This document shows positions 44,135 through 51,764 of a DNA stretch of 56,757 bases, piece by piece; position 1 is the first letter of the stretch; each line of letters begins with the position of its first letter. The position numbers and the translations under genes were made by a program. The notes under the pieces are model-generated. The model ran no database searches, was not told the DNA's origin, and worked only from the letters and a program-made list of their open reading frames with translations. Origin of the DNA: Clostridia bacterium (lineage in GTDB: Bacteria > Bacillota > Clostridia > Oscillospirales > QAKW01); assembly GCA_017482195.1 (NCBI GenBank), contig JAFUNM010000048.1, forward strand, positions 1 to 56,757. Reading direction: 5' to 3'.

Positions 44135-44240
44135 TACCTCCAGCGGGATGCGACCTTTGCACGGCAAGACAATGCCTTTTCGTTCCAAGAACAACTCCCC
44201 GTCTCTCGGACACTTTACCCGCAAAGGTCTACTCTGCGTA
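44135..44240 (-). promoter_or_regulatory. THF (tetrahydrofolate) riboswitch
   Basis: The minus strand reads GCAGAGUAGACCUUUGCGGGUAAAGUGU....GACGGGGAGUUG....GUGCAAAGGUCGCAUCCCGCUGGAGG. This matches the conserved AGAGUAG 5' core, the complementary P2 arms and the GCAUCC(C)GCU 3' core as I remember them. The SD GGAGG lies within or next to the P1 3' strand. Confidence 0.75.
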
Positions 44241-44247
44241 CCCAAAC

Positions 44248-44276
44248 ATCATATCACTATTTCATGAGATTTTCAA
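44248..44276 (-). promoter_or_regulatory. Sigma-70 promoter of the riboswitch-folT operon
   Basis: The minus strand reads TTGAAA (44276-44271), a 17-nt spacer, then TATGAT (44253-44248). The -35 overlaps the mtnN stop codon. Confidence 0.6.
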
Positions 44277-44959
44277 GAATTCTTTATAAAATGCCGCAAT
44301 ATGTCGATGCTTTGCTCTGCAGCATTGGCTGCAAAGGTGGGATAATCCATCTCCGCCTCACTGCCGGCACCGTCGGAAAGGGTGCGTAAAATGGCAAAAG
44401 GCACCTCATTCACATAACAAACCTGCCCGATGGCAGCACCTTCCATTTCACAGCAATCGGCATGGAAGGTATCGCGGATCTTGATTTTTTTTCCCTCATC
44501 GGCGATAAACTGATCGCCGGAGGCGATGCGGCCCATATGAGCGGTCAACCCCAGGCTCTCGGCAGTCTTTTTCAGCGCCGCGGACAATTCTGCATCTGTC
44601 GGCAGCTCGATCTTATTGATACCCGAGATCAGACCCACCGGGTCGCCGATGGGCGAGGTGTCCATATCATGCTGTACCACGTCCTTGGCTACCACTACAT
44701 CCAGCAGGCGGTAATCGGGATGTAATCCCCCCGCCACACCGCAGTTGATCATACAATCGGGCTGATATTTCAAGATCATGGTTTGGGCACAAAGGGCCGC
44801 AAAGACCTTGCCGATGCCGCAGGTGGCCACTGCCACCTCTCTGCCCTGCCAATATCCCTGTAAAAAGCGGACTCCGCTGACGGTCTCTTCCTGTACCTGT
44901 TTCATTTCGCTTTTGATGGCGGCGGTCTCCGCCTCCATGGCGCCGATAATACCGATCAT
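44273..44959 (-). CDS. mtnN: 5'-methylthioadenosine/S-adenosylhomocysteine nucleosidase
   Basis: MIGIIGAMEAE, CGIGKV, GVAGG and CEMEGAA motifs are present. Confidence 0.85.
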   Translation of the reverse strand: MIGIIGAMEAETAAIKSEMKQVQEETVSGVRFLQGYWQGREVAVATCGIGKVFAALCAQTMILKYQPDCMINCGVAGGLHPDYRLLDVVVAKDVVQHDMDTSPIGDPVGLISGINKIELPTDAELSAALKKTAESLGLTAHMGRIASGDQFIADEGKKIKIRDTFHADCCEMEGAAIGQVCYVNEVPFAILRTLSDGAGSEAEMDYPTFAANAAEQSIDILRHFIKNS

Positions 44960-45723
44960 AACCGATCCTCCAGACTTTCAATAATGGGCAAATGAAAGCT
45001 TCGGGCAATGTCCCGAAGGGTATCTGCCTCTTGTTTTTTATAAGTGACTGCAGGGGTATGGGCGTCGGTACCCAATACCACCCGGCATCCCTCCTCTGCG
45101 GCCAGCTCCCAGAACTTCAAATTGGGATAAAACTTTCCGGCGCGTAAGCCCTGCCCGTTGATCTCCAAGGGGATGTCCATTGCCTTGGTTTCCCGGCAGA
45201 GGCGACGGTAATGCTTTTTAAAAAGGGAATCCTCTCCCACAAAGTTTAAGGTGTCCGGATGGGCCAGATACAAAAATTTACCGGTGGAAAGACCCGCCAG
45301 CACCTGATCCACATAGGCAGCAAGCGCCCATTCTTCGGCGGTGGCGGTGGTGGAAGTATAGATCCTGCCCTCTTTATCGCAATAAAGATGCTGCCCCATC
45401 AACAGATATTCGATGCCGGGATGCTCCGCCAGCATCTCCTGCTGAGCGGCAAAGCGCACCGGCTCATATTCCACCTCCAAGCCGCAACGGAGGGTGATGC
45501 GGTCACCGTAAAGCTTCTTCATCTTCTGAAACACTTCAATATAATCCTTCAGCTGATGATGTCCCATCCGTACTCCCAGATGCCCCGGATTCAGGGGGTT
45601 GGGGATATGGTCGGAAAAGCCTAATACCTTCAGCCCGCCCGCGATGGCATTTTCTACATATTCCCATTCACAGCCATAGGCATGGTGACAGCGGTAGGTA
45701 TGAGTATGGTAATTGGCGATCAT
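44956..45723 (-). CDS. PHP-domain phosphatase (histidinol-phosphatase HisJ family-like)
   Basis: Start at MIANYHTHTYRCHHA (ATG 45723, ATGA overlap with the bioY stop). Metal-binding His motifs are present, and GTDAH lies near the C-terminus. Confidence 0.7.
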   Translation of the reverse strand: MIANYHTHTYRCHHAYGCEWEYVENAIAGGLKVLGFSDHIPNPLNPGHLGVRMGHHQLKDYIEVFQKMKKLYGDRITLRCGLEVEYEPVRFAAQQEMLAEHPGIEYLLMGQHLYCDKEGRIYTSTTATAEEWALAAYVDQVLAGLSTGKFLYLAHPDTLNFVGEDSLFKKHYRRLCRETKAMDIPLEINGQGLRAGKFYPNLKFWELAAEEGCRVVLGTDAHTPAVTYKKQEADTLRDIARSFHLPIIESLEDRL

Positions 45724-46202
45724 ATTTTTCCTCCCAATCTCTTGCTCAGCCCGATTCCTACCAGGGCAAGCAGCACATCCTTCAACAGATAGGGCAGCGA
45801 GGCCTGCATCCAACTGATCCAAGGACCGTTTCCCGAAACAAGGGCAAACTGCACCGTTCCCAGCAGATGGCAGGCTGCCACTCCCAAAAGACCCGCGCTG
45901 CTCTTTTTAAAACCGCAGCAAAAGGCCAACACTAAAAAACTCCATAAAAAACCGCCGGTATAGCCCAAAAGGTGGGTAAACCCGCCTTGAAAGCCATAAA
46001 AGACCGGTACGCCCGCTGCGCCCAGCAACAGCCAGACCGCGACCGCGATGACACCCTCTTTTTTACCCAGCAGACTGCCGCAAAGGGCAACGCCGAAGAC
46101 CTGTACGGTCAGCGGAACGCCGCCTAAGGGAATTGCCAGCTGAGAGACCGCCGCCAGAAGGGCGGCAGAAAGGGCGATGCGGGTCAACCCTTTTGTGCTC
46201 AT
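45720..46202 (-). CDS. bioY: Biotin transporter BioY (ECF S component)
   Basis: BioY pattern IPLGGVPLTVQVFGV...GYTGGFLW. Confidence 0.85.
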   Translation of the reverse strand: MSTKGLTRIALSAALLAAVSQLAIPLGGVPLTVQVFGVALCGSLLGKKEGVIAVAVWLLLGAAGVPVFYGFQGGFTHLLGYTGGFLWSFLVLAFCCGFKKSSAGLLGVAACHLLGTVQFALVSGNGPWISWMQASLPYLLKDVLLALVGIGLSKRLGGKI

Positions 46203-46981
46203 CGGTAATCCTCCAGCGCGATCTCCCCGGAGGAAAAGGCACGCACCGTTCCATCGGCCTCCACCAGAAGAGCACCGGTATCATCGATGCCCCGCACCGT
46301 GCCGCAAAAGCGCTCCTCTCCCCGCACCACCGTCACCGTTTTTCCGGTGAGGAAGGAGCGGCGGCGGTATTCTTTGAGACAAAACGTAAACTCTCCTTTA
46401 TACAAAGCGAAAAAGCGATCCAATATGGCAATGCCCAGCCTCGCCAGCAGCGCACTGTTTGGCTTTTCGTTCAAAAGAGCTCCGGCGATCTCGGACAGCG
46501 CACCGAAACCGTCTTGAGGAGCAAAGACATTGAGACCGATACCGAGAATGCAGTAAAGCGCTTCTCCATCGGTTCCCCCTTGGGCAAGGATGCCACAGAC
46601 CTTTTTGTTCTGATAATAAAGATCGTTGACCCATTTGACGGAAAGGGAAAGTTTCAAAACCTCTTCCACCGCTTCGGCCACCGCCACCGCGGCGGTCACC
46701 GTCACACGGGCGGCATCAAAACAGCAAGGGTCAGGGCGCAAAAGCAACGAAAAATACAGCCCGCTCCCCCCGGGGGAGAAGAACGGTCTGCCCATGCGCC
46801 CAAAGCCTGCGGTCTGCTTTTCGGCAAAGACCACCGTGCCCTCGGGAGCGCCCTGTTCAGCCAGACCCTTTGCTACCCGATTGGTGGAGTCGGTCTCCTC
46901 CAGAAAGGTGACGTCGTATGTTTCGCCGGCCAATACCCGAAGCGCCTCTGTATATGAAGTTTTCATTGCTGGTTTATTCAT
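46199..46981 (-). CDS. birA: Biotin--[acetyl-CoA-carboxylase] ligase, short (group I) form without an N-terminal wHTH
   Basis: EETDSTN and KQTAGFGRMGRPFFSPGGSGLYFSLLLRP motifs are present. The catalytic core starts within about 25 residues of the N-terminus, and a stop lies just upstream of 47017. ATG 46981 sits 7 nt after a TATAAT box. Confidence 0.8.
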   Translation of the reverse strand: MNKPAMKTSYTEALRVLAGETYDVTFLEETDSTNRVAKGLAEQGAPEGTVVFAEKQTAGFGRMGRPFFSPGGSGLYFSLLLRPDPCCFDAARVTVTAAVAVAEAVEEVLKLSLSVKWVNDLYYQNKKVCGILAQGGTDGEALYCILGIGLNVFAPQDGFGALSEIAGALLNEKPNSALLARLGIAILDRFFALYKGEFTFCLKEYRRRSFLTGKTVTVVRGEERFCGTVRGIDDTGALLVEADGTVRAFSSGEIALEDYR

Positions 46982-46988
46982 TGTTTTT

Positions 46989-47017
46989 ATTATAAAAGAG
47001 AAAAAAATATGTGTCAA
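46989..47017 (-). promoter_or_regulatory. Perfect-consensus sigma-70 promoter of birA-bioY
   Basis: The minus strand reads TTGACA (47017-47012), a 17-nt spacer, then TATAAT (46994-46989). The ATG follows 7 nt later. Confidence 0.65.
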
Positions 47018-47042
47018 CCGAATTTCCTAAATCGGTTGACAC
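47011..47042. terminator. Perfect 11-bp inverted repeat (terminator of the upstream permease gene, possibly also an operator)
   Basis: gtgtcaaccga (47011-47021) pairs with tcggttgacac (47032-47042) across a 10-nt loop. On the minus strand it is followed by ATATTTTTTTCTCTTTT. It contains the upstream stop codon and the -35 box. Confidence 0.6.
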
Positions 47043-48322
47043 ATTAACCCGATCAGCGCCAAAATCAAAGACGGTATGGCTACCGCCGCACCGTATTTGG
47101 TGAATTTTCCAAAGGAGAGCTGCAGACCGTGCGCCTTCAGCAGCTGCATCCACATCATCCCCGCCAACGCACCGATAGGCGTAAAAAAGGCGCCTAAATT
47201 AGAACCGATGACCGCTGCATAAAGGGGTGCCGCCCCCGTCGCCCCGGCGGTAATGCCGGAATAGAGCACGCTCATGGGAATATTATTCATAAAGTTAGAG
47301 GCCAGGAAGGAGGAGATCCCGTAGGCCGGTACCGCCGGAAGATAACCCAGCAGGTCGGCCAACAGAGCGGTAACACCGCATTTCTCCAACGCCAGCACCA
47401 CAATGAACATGGACAGCACAAAGGGGGCCATCTCAAAGGGCGCACGCTTAATCACCTCCAGCAAAATGGAAGGGGTACGGTTTCGTGCCGCAAGATAAAA
47501 GGCTGCTGATACAAAAAGACTGCAAAAGGCTGCCAAGGAGATCAGCCACATGGGAAGTTCCAGCACCGAAGAGAGCACCATCAGCAAAATGCAGACCCCT
47601 AAGTGCAGCACCCCCAAAAAAACCATGGGCTTATCCGGCCGGGCGGTAGGAGTAAACTCCTGATGAAGGGGCATCTCCAGTTTTTTACGAAAGAGCAGCC
47701 AGAGCGCCGCAAGAGAACCGAGACCTGCCAGCAGAGTAGGCCATGCCATCACCTTTAGGTATTCAAAACAGCCGATATCGGCTCCGCTGGCCAGATAGAT
47801 ATTGGTCGGATTCCCGATGATAAAGATCATGCTCCAGGTATTGGCGGCAATAAACTCGCAAAAAAGATAGGGCAGCGGATCGACCTTGGCATGGCGGGTA
47901 AAGTAACAGATAAACGGGGTGAAAGTCAATACGATAATATCATTGGAGGTAAATACCGTCAGCACCGAAACGGTGGCATAGAGGGTAAAGAACAGTGCTT
48001 TTTGACTGCCACCGGCCTTGGCCAGCATCGTCTCGGCCAGATAGCGAAAAAACCCCGCCTGATCTAAAAAAACCGAAAGAAGGGTCATGGAAAAAAAGAG
48101 GATCAGGATCTTAATGGGGTTCATGGCAGTAGGCGCGGTCAGTCCCGCCGCCACCTCCTGAAGGCTCAAAGCGCCGCCTGAAATCAGGATCAGTGCCCCC
48201 GCCAACGGCGGCAGCCAATAGATGCTGATCTGCTCGCCTCGAAACTGTACGGAAGGTTTTATAAAGACCAATAAGATCAGACCCAGACAGGTAAGAATTC
48301 CTACTGTTAATGCAAAGACCAT
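47027..48322 (-). CDS. ArsB/NhaD-superfamily anion permease
   Basis: 431 aa and polytopic, with the family-typical pattern FFSMTLLSVFLDQAGFF...TSNDIIVLTFTP. Confidence 0.7.
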   Translation of the reverse strand: MVFALTVGILTCLGLILLVFIKPSVQFRGEQISIYWLPPLAGALILISGGALSLQEVAAGLTAPTAMNPIKILILFFSMTLLSVFLDQAGFFRYLAETMLAKAGGSQKALFFTLYATVSVLTVFTSNDIIVLTFTPFICYFTRHAKVDPLPYLFCEFIAANTWSMIFIIGNPTNIYLASGADIGCFEYLKVMAWPTLLAGLGSLAALWLLFRKKLEMPLHQEFTPTARPDKPMVFLGVLHLGVCILLMVLSSVLELPMWLISLAAFCSLFVSAAFYLAARNRTPSILLEVIKRAPFEMAPFVLSMFIVVLALEKCGVTALLADLLGYLPAVPAYGISSFLASNFMNNIPMSVLYSGITAGATGAAPLYAAVIGSNLGAFFTPIGALAGMMWMQLLKAHGLQLSFGKFTKYGAAVAIPSLILALIGLMCQPI

Positions 48323-48362
48323 CCCGTCGCCTCCTTTCCTCCAAAGATTTTAGCACACCGTA

Positions 48363-48391
48363 TTGCCAGATTCAATATAAAATGTTAAAAT
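48363..48391 (+). promoter_or_regulatory. Candidate promoter placing the TSS at the ATG of the DUF45 gene
   Basis: TTGCCA (48363-48368), a 17-nt spacer, then TAAAAT (48386-48391). ATG 48398 follows after 6 nt, and there is no SD. Confidence 0.5.
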
Positions 48392-48397
48392 ATCCCT

Positions 48398-48883
48398 ATG
48401 AAAATCATCCGAAGCAATCGAAAAACGCTGAGCTTATCAGTCAATAAAGAGGGTAAACCGGAGGTGCGGGCCCCTTACCTTTGCCCCATGAGCACCATTG
48501 AGCGGTTTATTGCCGATCATCAGAAGTGGTTGGAAAAAAGGCTGGCCTCTTTTCGCACCTATACGGACGAAGAGATCAAAGCCATGCGCAAGGAAGCAAA
48601 AGCCTACTTCCCGGAGCGGGTGGCTTACTATGCGCTGCGGATGGGGGTCTCCCCATCCGGAGTAAAGATCACCGCCGCCCGTACCCGCTACGGCAGCTGT
48701 TCTCCGACGGGCAGCCTCTGCTTTTCCCTCTATTTGATGGACAAGAGTCCATACGCCCGAGATTATGTGGTGGTGCATGAGCTGGCTCATCTTTTGCGAC
48801 GGGATCACTCCCCTTCTTTTTATAAGATCATCGAGAAAACATTACCCGACTATAAACAACGAATCAAGGAACTGAAGCAATGA
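48398..48883 (+). CDS. YgjP-like (DUF45) zinc metallopeptidase
   Basis: HELAHL zinc motif near the C-terminus, with family-typical size and pattern. Confidence 0.7.
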   Translation: MKIIRSNRKTLSLSVNKEGKPEVRAPYLCPMSTIERFIADHQKWLEKRLASFRTYTDEEIKAMRKEAKAYFPERVAYYALRMGVSPSGVKITAARTRYGSCSPTGSLCFSLYLMDKSPYARDYVVVHELAHLLRRDHSPSFYKIIEKTLPDYKQRIKELKQ

Positions 48884-50604
48884 TCAAGAAATTTATTCAA
48901 TATTACAAGCCCCATCAAAAACTCTTTTGGTGGGATATGGTGTTTGCGGTACTGGGCGCGGTCATCACTCTCATTATCCCCCTGATGGTACGCACCATTA
49001 CCGGAGATTTTGTTTACCGGCCCGCCGACGAGGCATTGAAAATGATCCTCCTTTTCGCCGCCGGGATGCTGCTCCTGATCGGCATGGAGGCCTATTGCAA
49101 CTATTTCACCGCCTACTACGGCCATATCATGGGCGCCAAAATGGAATACGATATGCGGGAGGAGCTGTTCTGCCATTATCAGCGGCTATCCTTCGGCTTT
49201 TACGATAACCAAAAGGTCGGCTCCCTCATGAGCCGCATCGGCAACGACCTTTTTGATATTGCGGAGCTGGCTCACCACGGTCCAGAGGATCTCTTTATCT
49301 CTGCCATCAAGCTGATCGGCTCGCTGATCATTATGATGAGCGTCAGCTGGAAATTAGGCCTGGTGGCACTTTTGATCCTGCCGCTGATGATCCTTTATGC
49401 AGGAAAATGCAACACCGATATGCGGGCGGCTTTTAAGCAAAACCGTGTCCGTACCGCCGAGTATAACGCCGGAGTGGAAGACAATCTCTCCGGCATCCGG
49501 GTGGTCAAATCCTTTGCCAACGAATCGGTAGAGGTGACCAAATTCCGCAAAGTCAACGACAGTCTTTTAGCCAGTAAACGCAACGCCTACCGTGCCATGG
49601 GCACCTTCCATTCGGGGCTGGGGGCCTTCACCACCTTTATCACCGTTGCGGTTTTGGTGGCAGGCGCAATCCTCATCTCCCGACAGATGCTGAAGGTCAC
49701 CGACCTGATCACCTTTATGCTGTATATCAACAATTTCACTGAGCCGGTACGCAAGCTGATCAACTTCACCGAGCAATTCCAAAACGGTGCCACCGCCTTT
49801 TCCCGTTTCCGGGAAATGGTGGAGGTCGAGGTGGAGATCCAGGATTCCCCCGACGCAGAAGAGCCGCCCCGTTTCGAGGGCTGGGTGGAATTCCAAGAAG
49901 TCTCCTTCCACTATCCCGAGCACGAAAAAACGGTGCTCTCCCATGTAAGCCTTTCGGTGGCCGCCGGGGAATATGTAGCGCTGGTGGGCGAATCCGGCGC
50001 CGGAAAATCTACCCTTTGCAGCCTGATCCCCCGATTCTATGAAGTCAGCGACGGCGCCATCCTCATTGACGGCAAGGACATCCGCCGGTATACCCTTAAA
50101 GGTCTTCGCAACCAGATTGGCGTGGTGCAGCAGGATGTCTACCTTTTCAGCGGCACGGTAATGGAGAATATCCGATACGGCCGACCTGAGGCCACCGATG
50201 AAGAGGTCATCGAGGCCGCCAAAAAGGCCAATGCCCATGAATTCATCCTCTCCCTGCCAAACGGCTACGAAAGCGACATCGGCCAGCGGGGCATCAAGCT
50301 CTCCGGCGGTCAAAAGCAACGGCTTTCCATCGCCCGGGTCTTTTTGAAGAATCCGCCCATTCTCATCTTTGACGAAGCCACCTCGGCCCTTGACAACGAA
50401 AGCGAGCGGGTCGTACAGGAAAGTCTGGAGACCTTAGCAAAGGATCGTACCACCTTTGTCATCGCCCACCGCCTCTCCACCATCCGCAATGCCAAGCGGA
50501 TCCTGGTGTTGACCGAGGAGGGCATTGCAGAAGAAGGCTCCCACAAGGAGCTTTTAGAGCAAAACGGCATTTACGCCGAGCTTTATAATATGCAGTTCAA
50601 TTAA
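48880..50604 (+). CDS. ABC exporter, fused permease/ATPase (MsbA/MDR type)
   Basis: Six N-terminal TM segments, then Walker A GESGAGKST, signature LSGGQKQR and Walker B ILIFDEATSALD. ATGA overlap with the upstream gene. Confidence 0.85.
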   Translation: MIKKFIQYYKPHQKLFWWDMVFAVLGAVITLIIPLMVRTITGDFVYRPADEALKMILLFAAGMLLLIGMEAYCNYFTAYYGHIMGAKMEYDMREELFCHYQRLSFGFYDNQKVGSLMSRIGNDLFDIAELAHHGPEDLFISAIKLIGSLIIMMSVSWKLGLVALLILPLMILYAGKCNTDMRAAFKQNRVRTAEYNAGVEDNLSGIRVVKSFANESVEVTKFRKVNDSLLASKRNAYRAMGTFHSGLGAFTTFITVAVLVAGAILISRQMLKVTDLITFMLYINNFTEPVRKLINFTEQFQNGATAFSRFREMVEVEVEIQDSPDAEEPPRFEGWVEFQEVSFHYPEHEKTVLSHVSLSVAAGEYVALVGESGAGKSTLCSLIPRFYEVSDGAILIDGKDIRRYTLKGLRNQIGVVQQDVYLFSGTVMENIRYGRPEATDEEVIEAAKKANAHEFILSLPNGYESDIGQRGIKLSGGQKQRLSIARVFLKNPPILIFDEATSALDNESERVVQESLETLAKDRTTFVIAHRLSTIRNAKRILVLTEEGIAEEGSHKELLEQNGIYAELYNMQFN

Positions 50605-50638
50605 GGTGTTTTCTCCATATATTCAAAGAATTTGTCCA

Positions 50639-50667
50639 TTGTTTTATTGGTAAAACCTTTATATAAT
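50639..50667 (+). promoter_or_regulatory. Candidate promoter of EEP paralog 1
   Basis: TTGTTT (50639-50644), a 17-nt spacer, then TATAAT (50662-50667). SD GGGAGGGA precedes ATG 50694. Confidence 0.45.
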
Positions 50668-50693
50668 GAAGCAAAAAGCGGGAGGGACCGACC

Positions 50694-51659
50694 ATGGAAA
50701 CAAAACTGACTCTGATTACTCAAAATCTAAGAACATCCGGCAGCCAAAAAGGCATTCAGGGTGAACGAGGCGGCGGCATCAATGAAGTATACAGCCGTTC
50801 CAGACGCTTTCGGAAAATGGTGCAAAAGCACCGGCCCGATGTGATCTTCGCACAGGAAGGCACTCCCGGCTGGATCGCCTTTTTTGAAAACGATCCCTAT
50901 TTTTTGGAAAACTATACGGTGCTCTATCATTGGCGGGCCGAAGGACTCCAGGTCATCAACGAGGGAACGCCGCTGCTCTTTAAGAAGGATCGGTTTGAAT
51001 TTTTGGACGGCGGACATTTCTGGCTCTCTGCCACCCCCGACCGAGTCTCCGAATCCTATGAGGCGGGCGAGGGACATATCCGTATCTCCAGCTGGGCAAA
51101 ATTAAAAGAAAAGACCACCGGCCAGGTATGCACGTTTTTCACCACCCATGTGGATACCAACGGCATTACCCCCATGGCCTCCATCAAGCAATATACCGAT
51201 CAGTTTGAGAAAATGGGAAAAGACGCCTTTGCCTTTGTGGGCGGAGACTATAATTTTACCTACCGCGGCCCGGTCTACGAGCAGGTGGTAGACTGGAATA
51301 AGTTTCAGGATATGCAGGACATTGCCCTCAATATGAGCCGTGCCGGTCTTTGTAAACTGGGCACATTAAAAGGCACCCTCACCGGTGGCTGGAAGGATGA
51401 AATCTCCCCCGACCCCAACCCCGGACGGATGCGCCAACTGGATTATATTATGGCAAAGCCCAATCCCCGTTTTGCCGTGGATTCCTATGAGGTGGAATAC
51501 ACGCATTTTGACCTGCCGGAGGAAAACGTAAAACCCGGCTATATCTCCGACCATTACGGGATTGTGGCGAAGGTGCGGATCGGTACCGATGCGGATTATT
51601 CCGCCTATCAATGCCGCTATAAGGAAGAAGAGGGCGAGCTTCTGCCCACCGTTCTTTAA
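50694..51659 (+). CDS. Endonuclease/exonuclease/phosphatase (EEP) family protein, paralog 1, no signal peptide
   Basis: EEP catalytic landmarks are QNL (Asn), AQEG (Glu), THVD (His), GGDYN, LDYIM and SDHY. It is 321 aa. Confidence 0.75.
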   Translation: METKLTLITQNLRTSGSQKGIQGERGGGINEVYSRSRRFRKMVQKHRPDVIFAQEGTPGWIAFFENDPYFLENYTVLYHWRAEGLQVINEGTPLLFKKDRFEFLDGGHFWLSATPDRVSESYEAGEGHIRISSWAKLKEKTTGQVCTFFTTHVDTNGITPMASIKQYTDQFEKMGKDAFAFVGGDYNFTYRGPVYEQVVDWNKFQDMQDIALNMSRAGLCKLGTLKGTLTGGWKDEISPDPNPGRMRQLDYIMAKPNPRFAVDSYEVEYTHFDLPEENVKPGYISDHYGIVAKVRIGTDADYSAYQCRYKEEEGELLPTVL

Positions 51660-51666
51660 TATTGCA

Positions 51667-51698
51667 AAGTGCGCCGACAGTAATCGGCGCACTTTTTA
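51667..51698 (+). terminator. Rho-independent terminator
   Basis: aaagtgcgccga pairs with tcggcgcacttt and is followed by a T-run. Confidence 0.75.
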
Positions 51699-51699
51699 T

Positions 51700-51729
51700 T
51701 TGACAAATCCCTCGTTCTTTATATATAAT
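51700..51729 (+). promoter_or_regulatory. Promoter of EEP paralog 2
   Basis: TTGACA (51700-51705), an 18-nt spacer, then TATAAT (51724-51729). Confidence 0.55.
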
Positions 51730-51764
51730 GTAAAATATAATATACAAAAAAAGGAGATCCCGTT

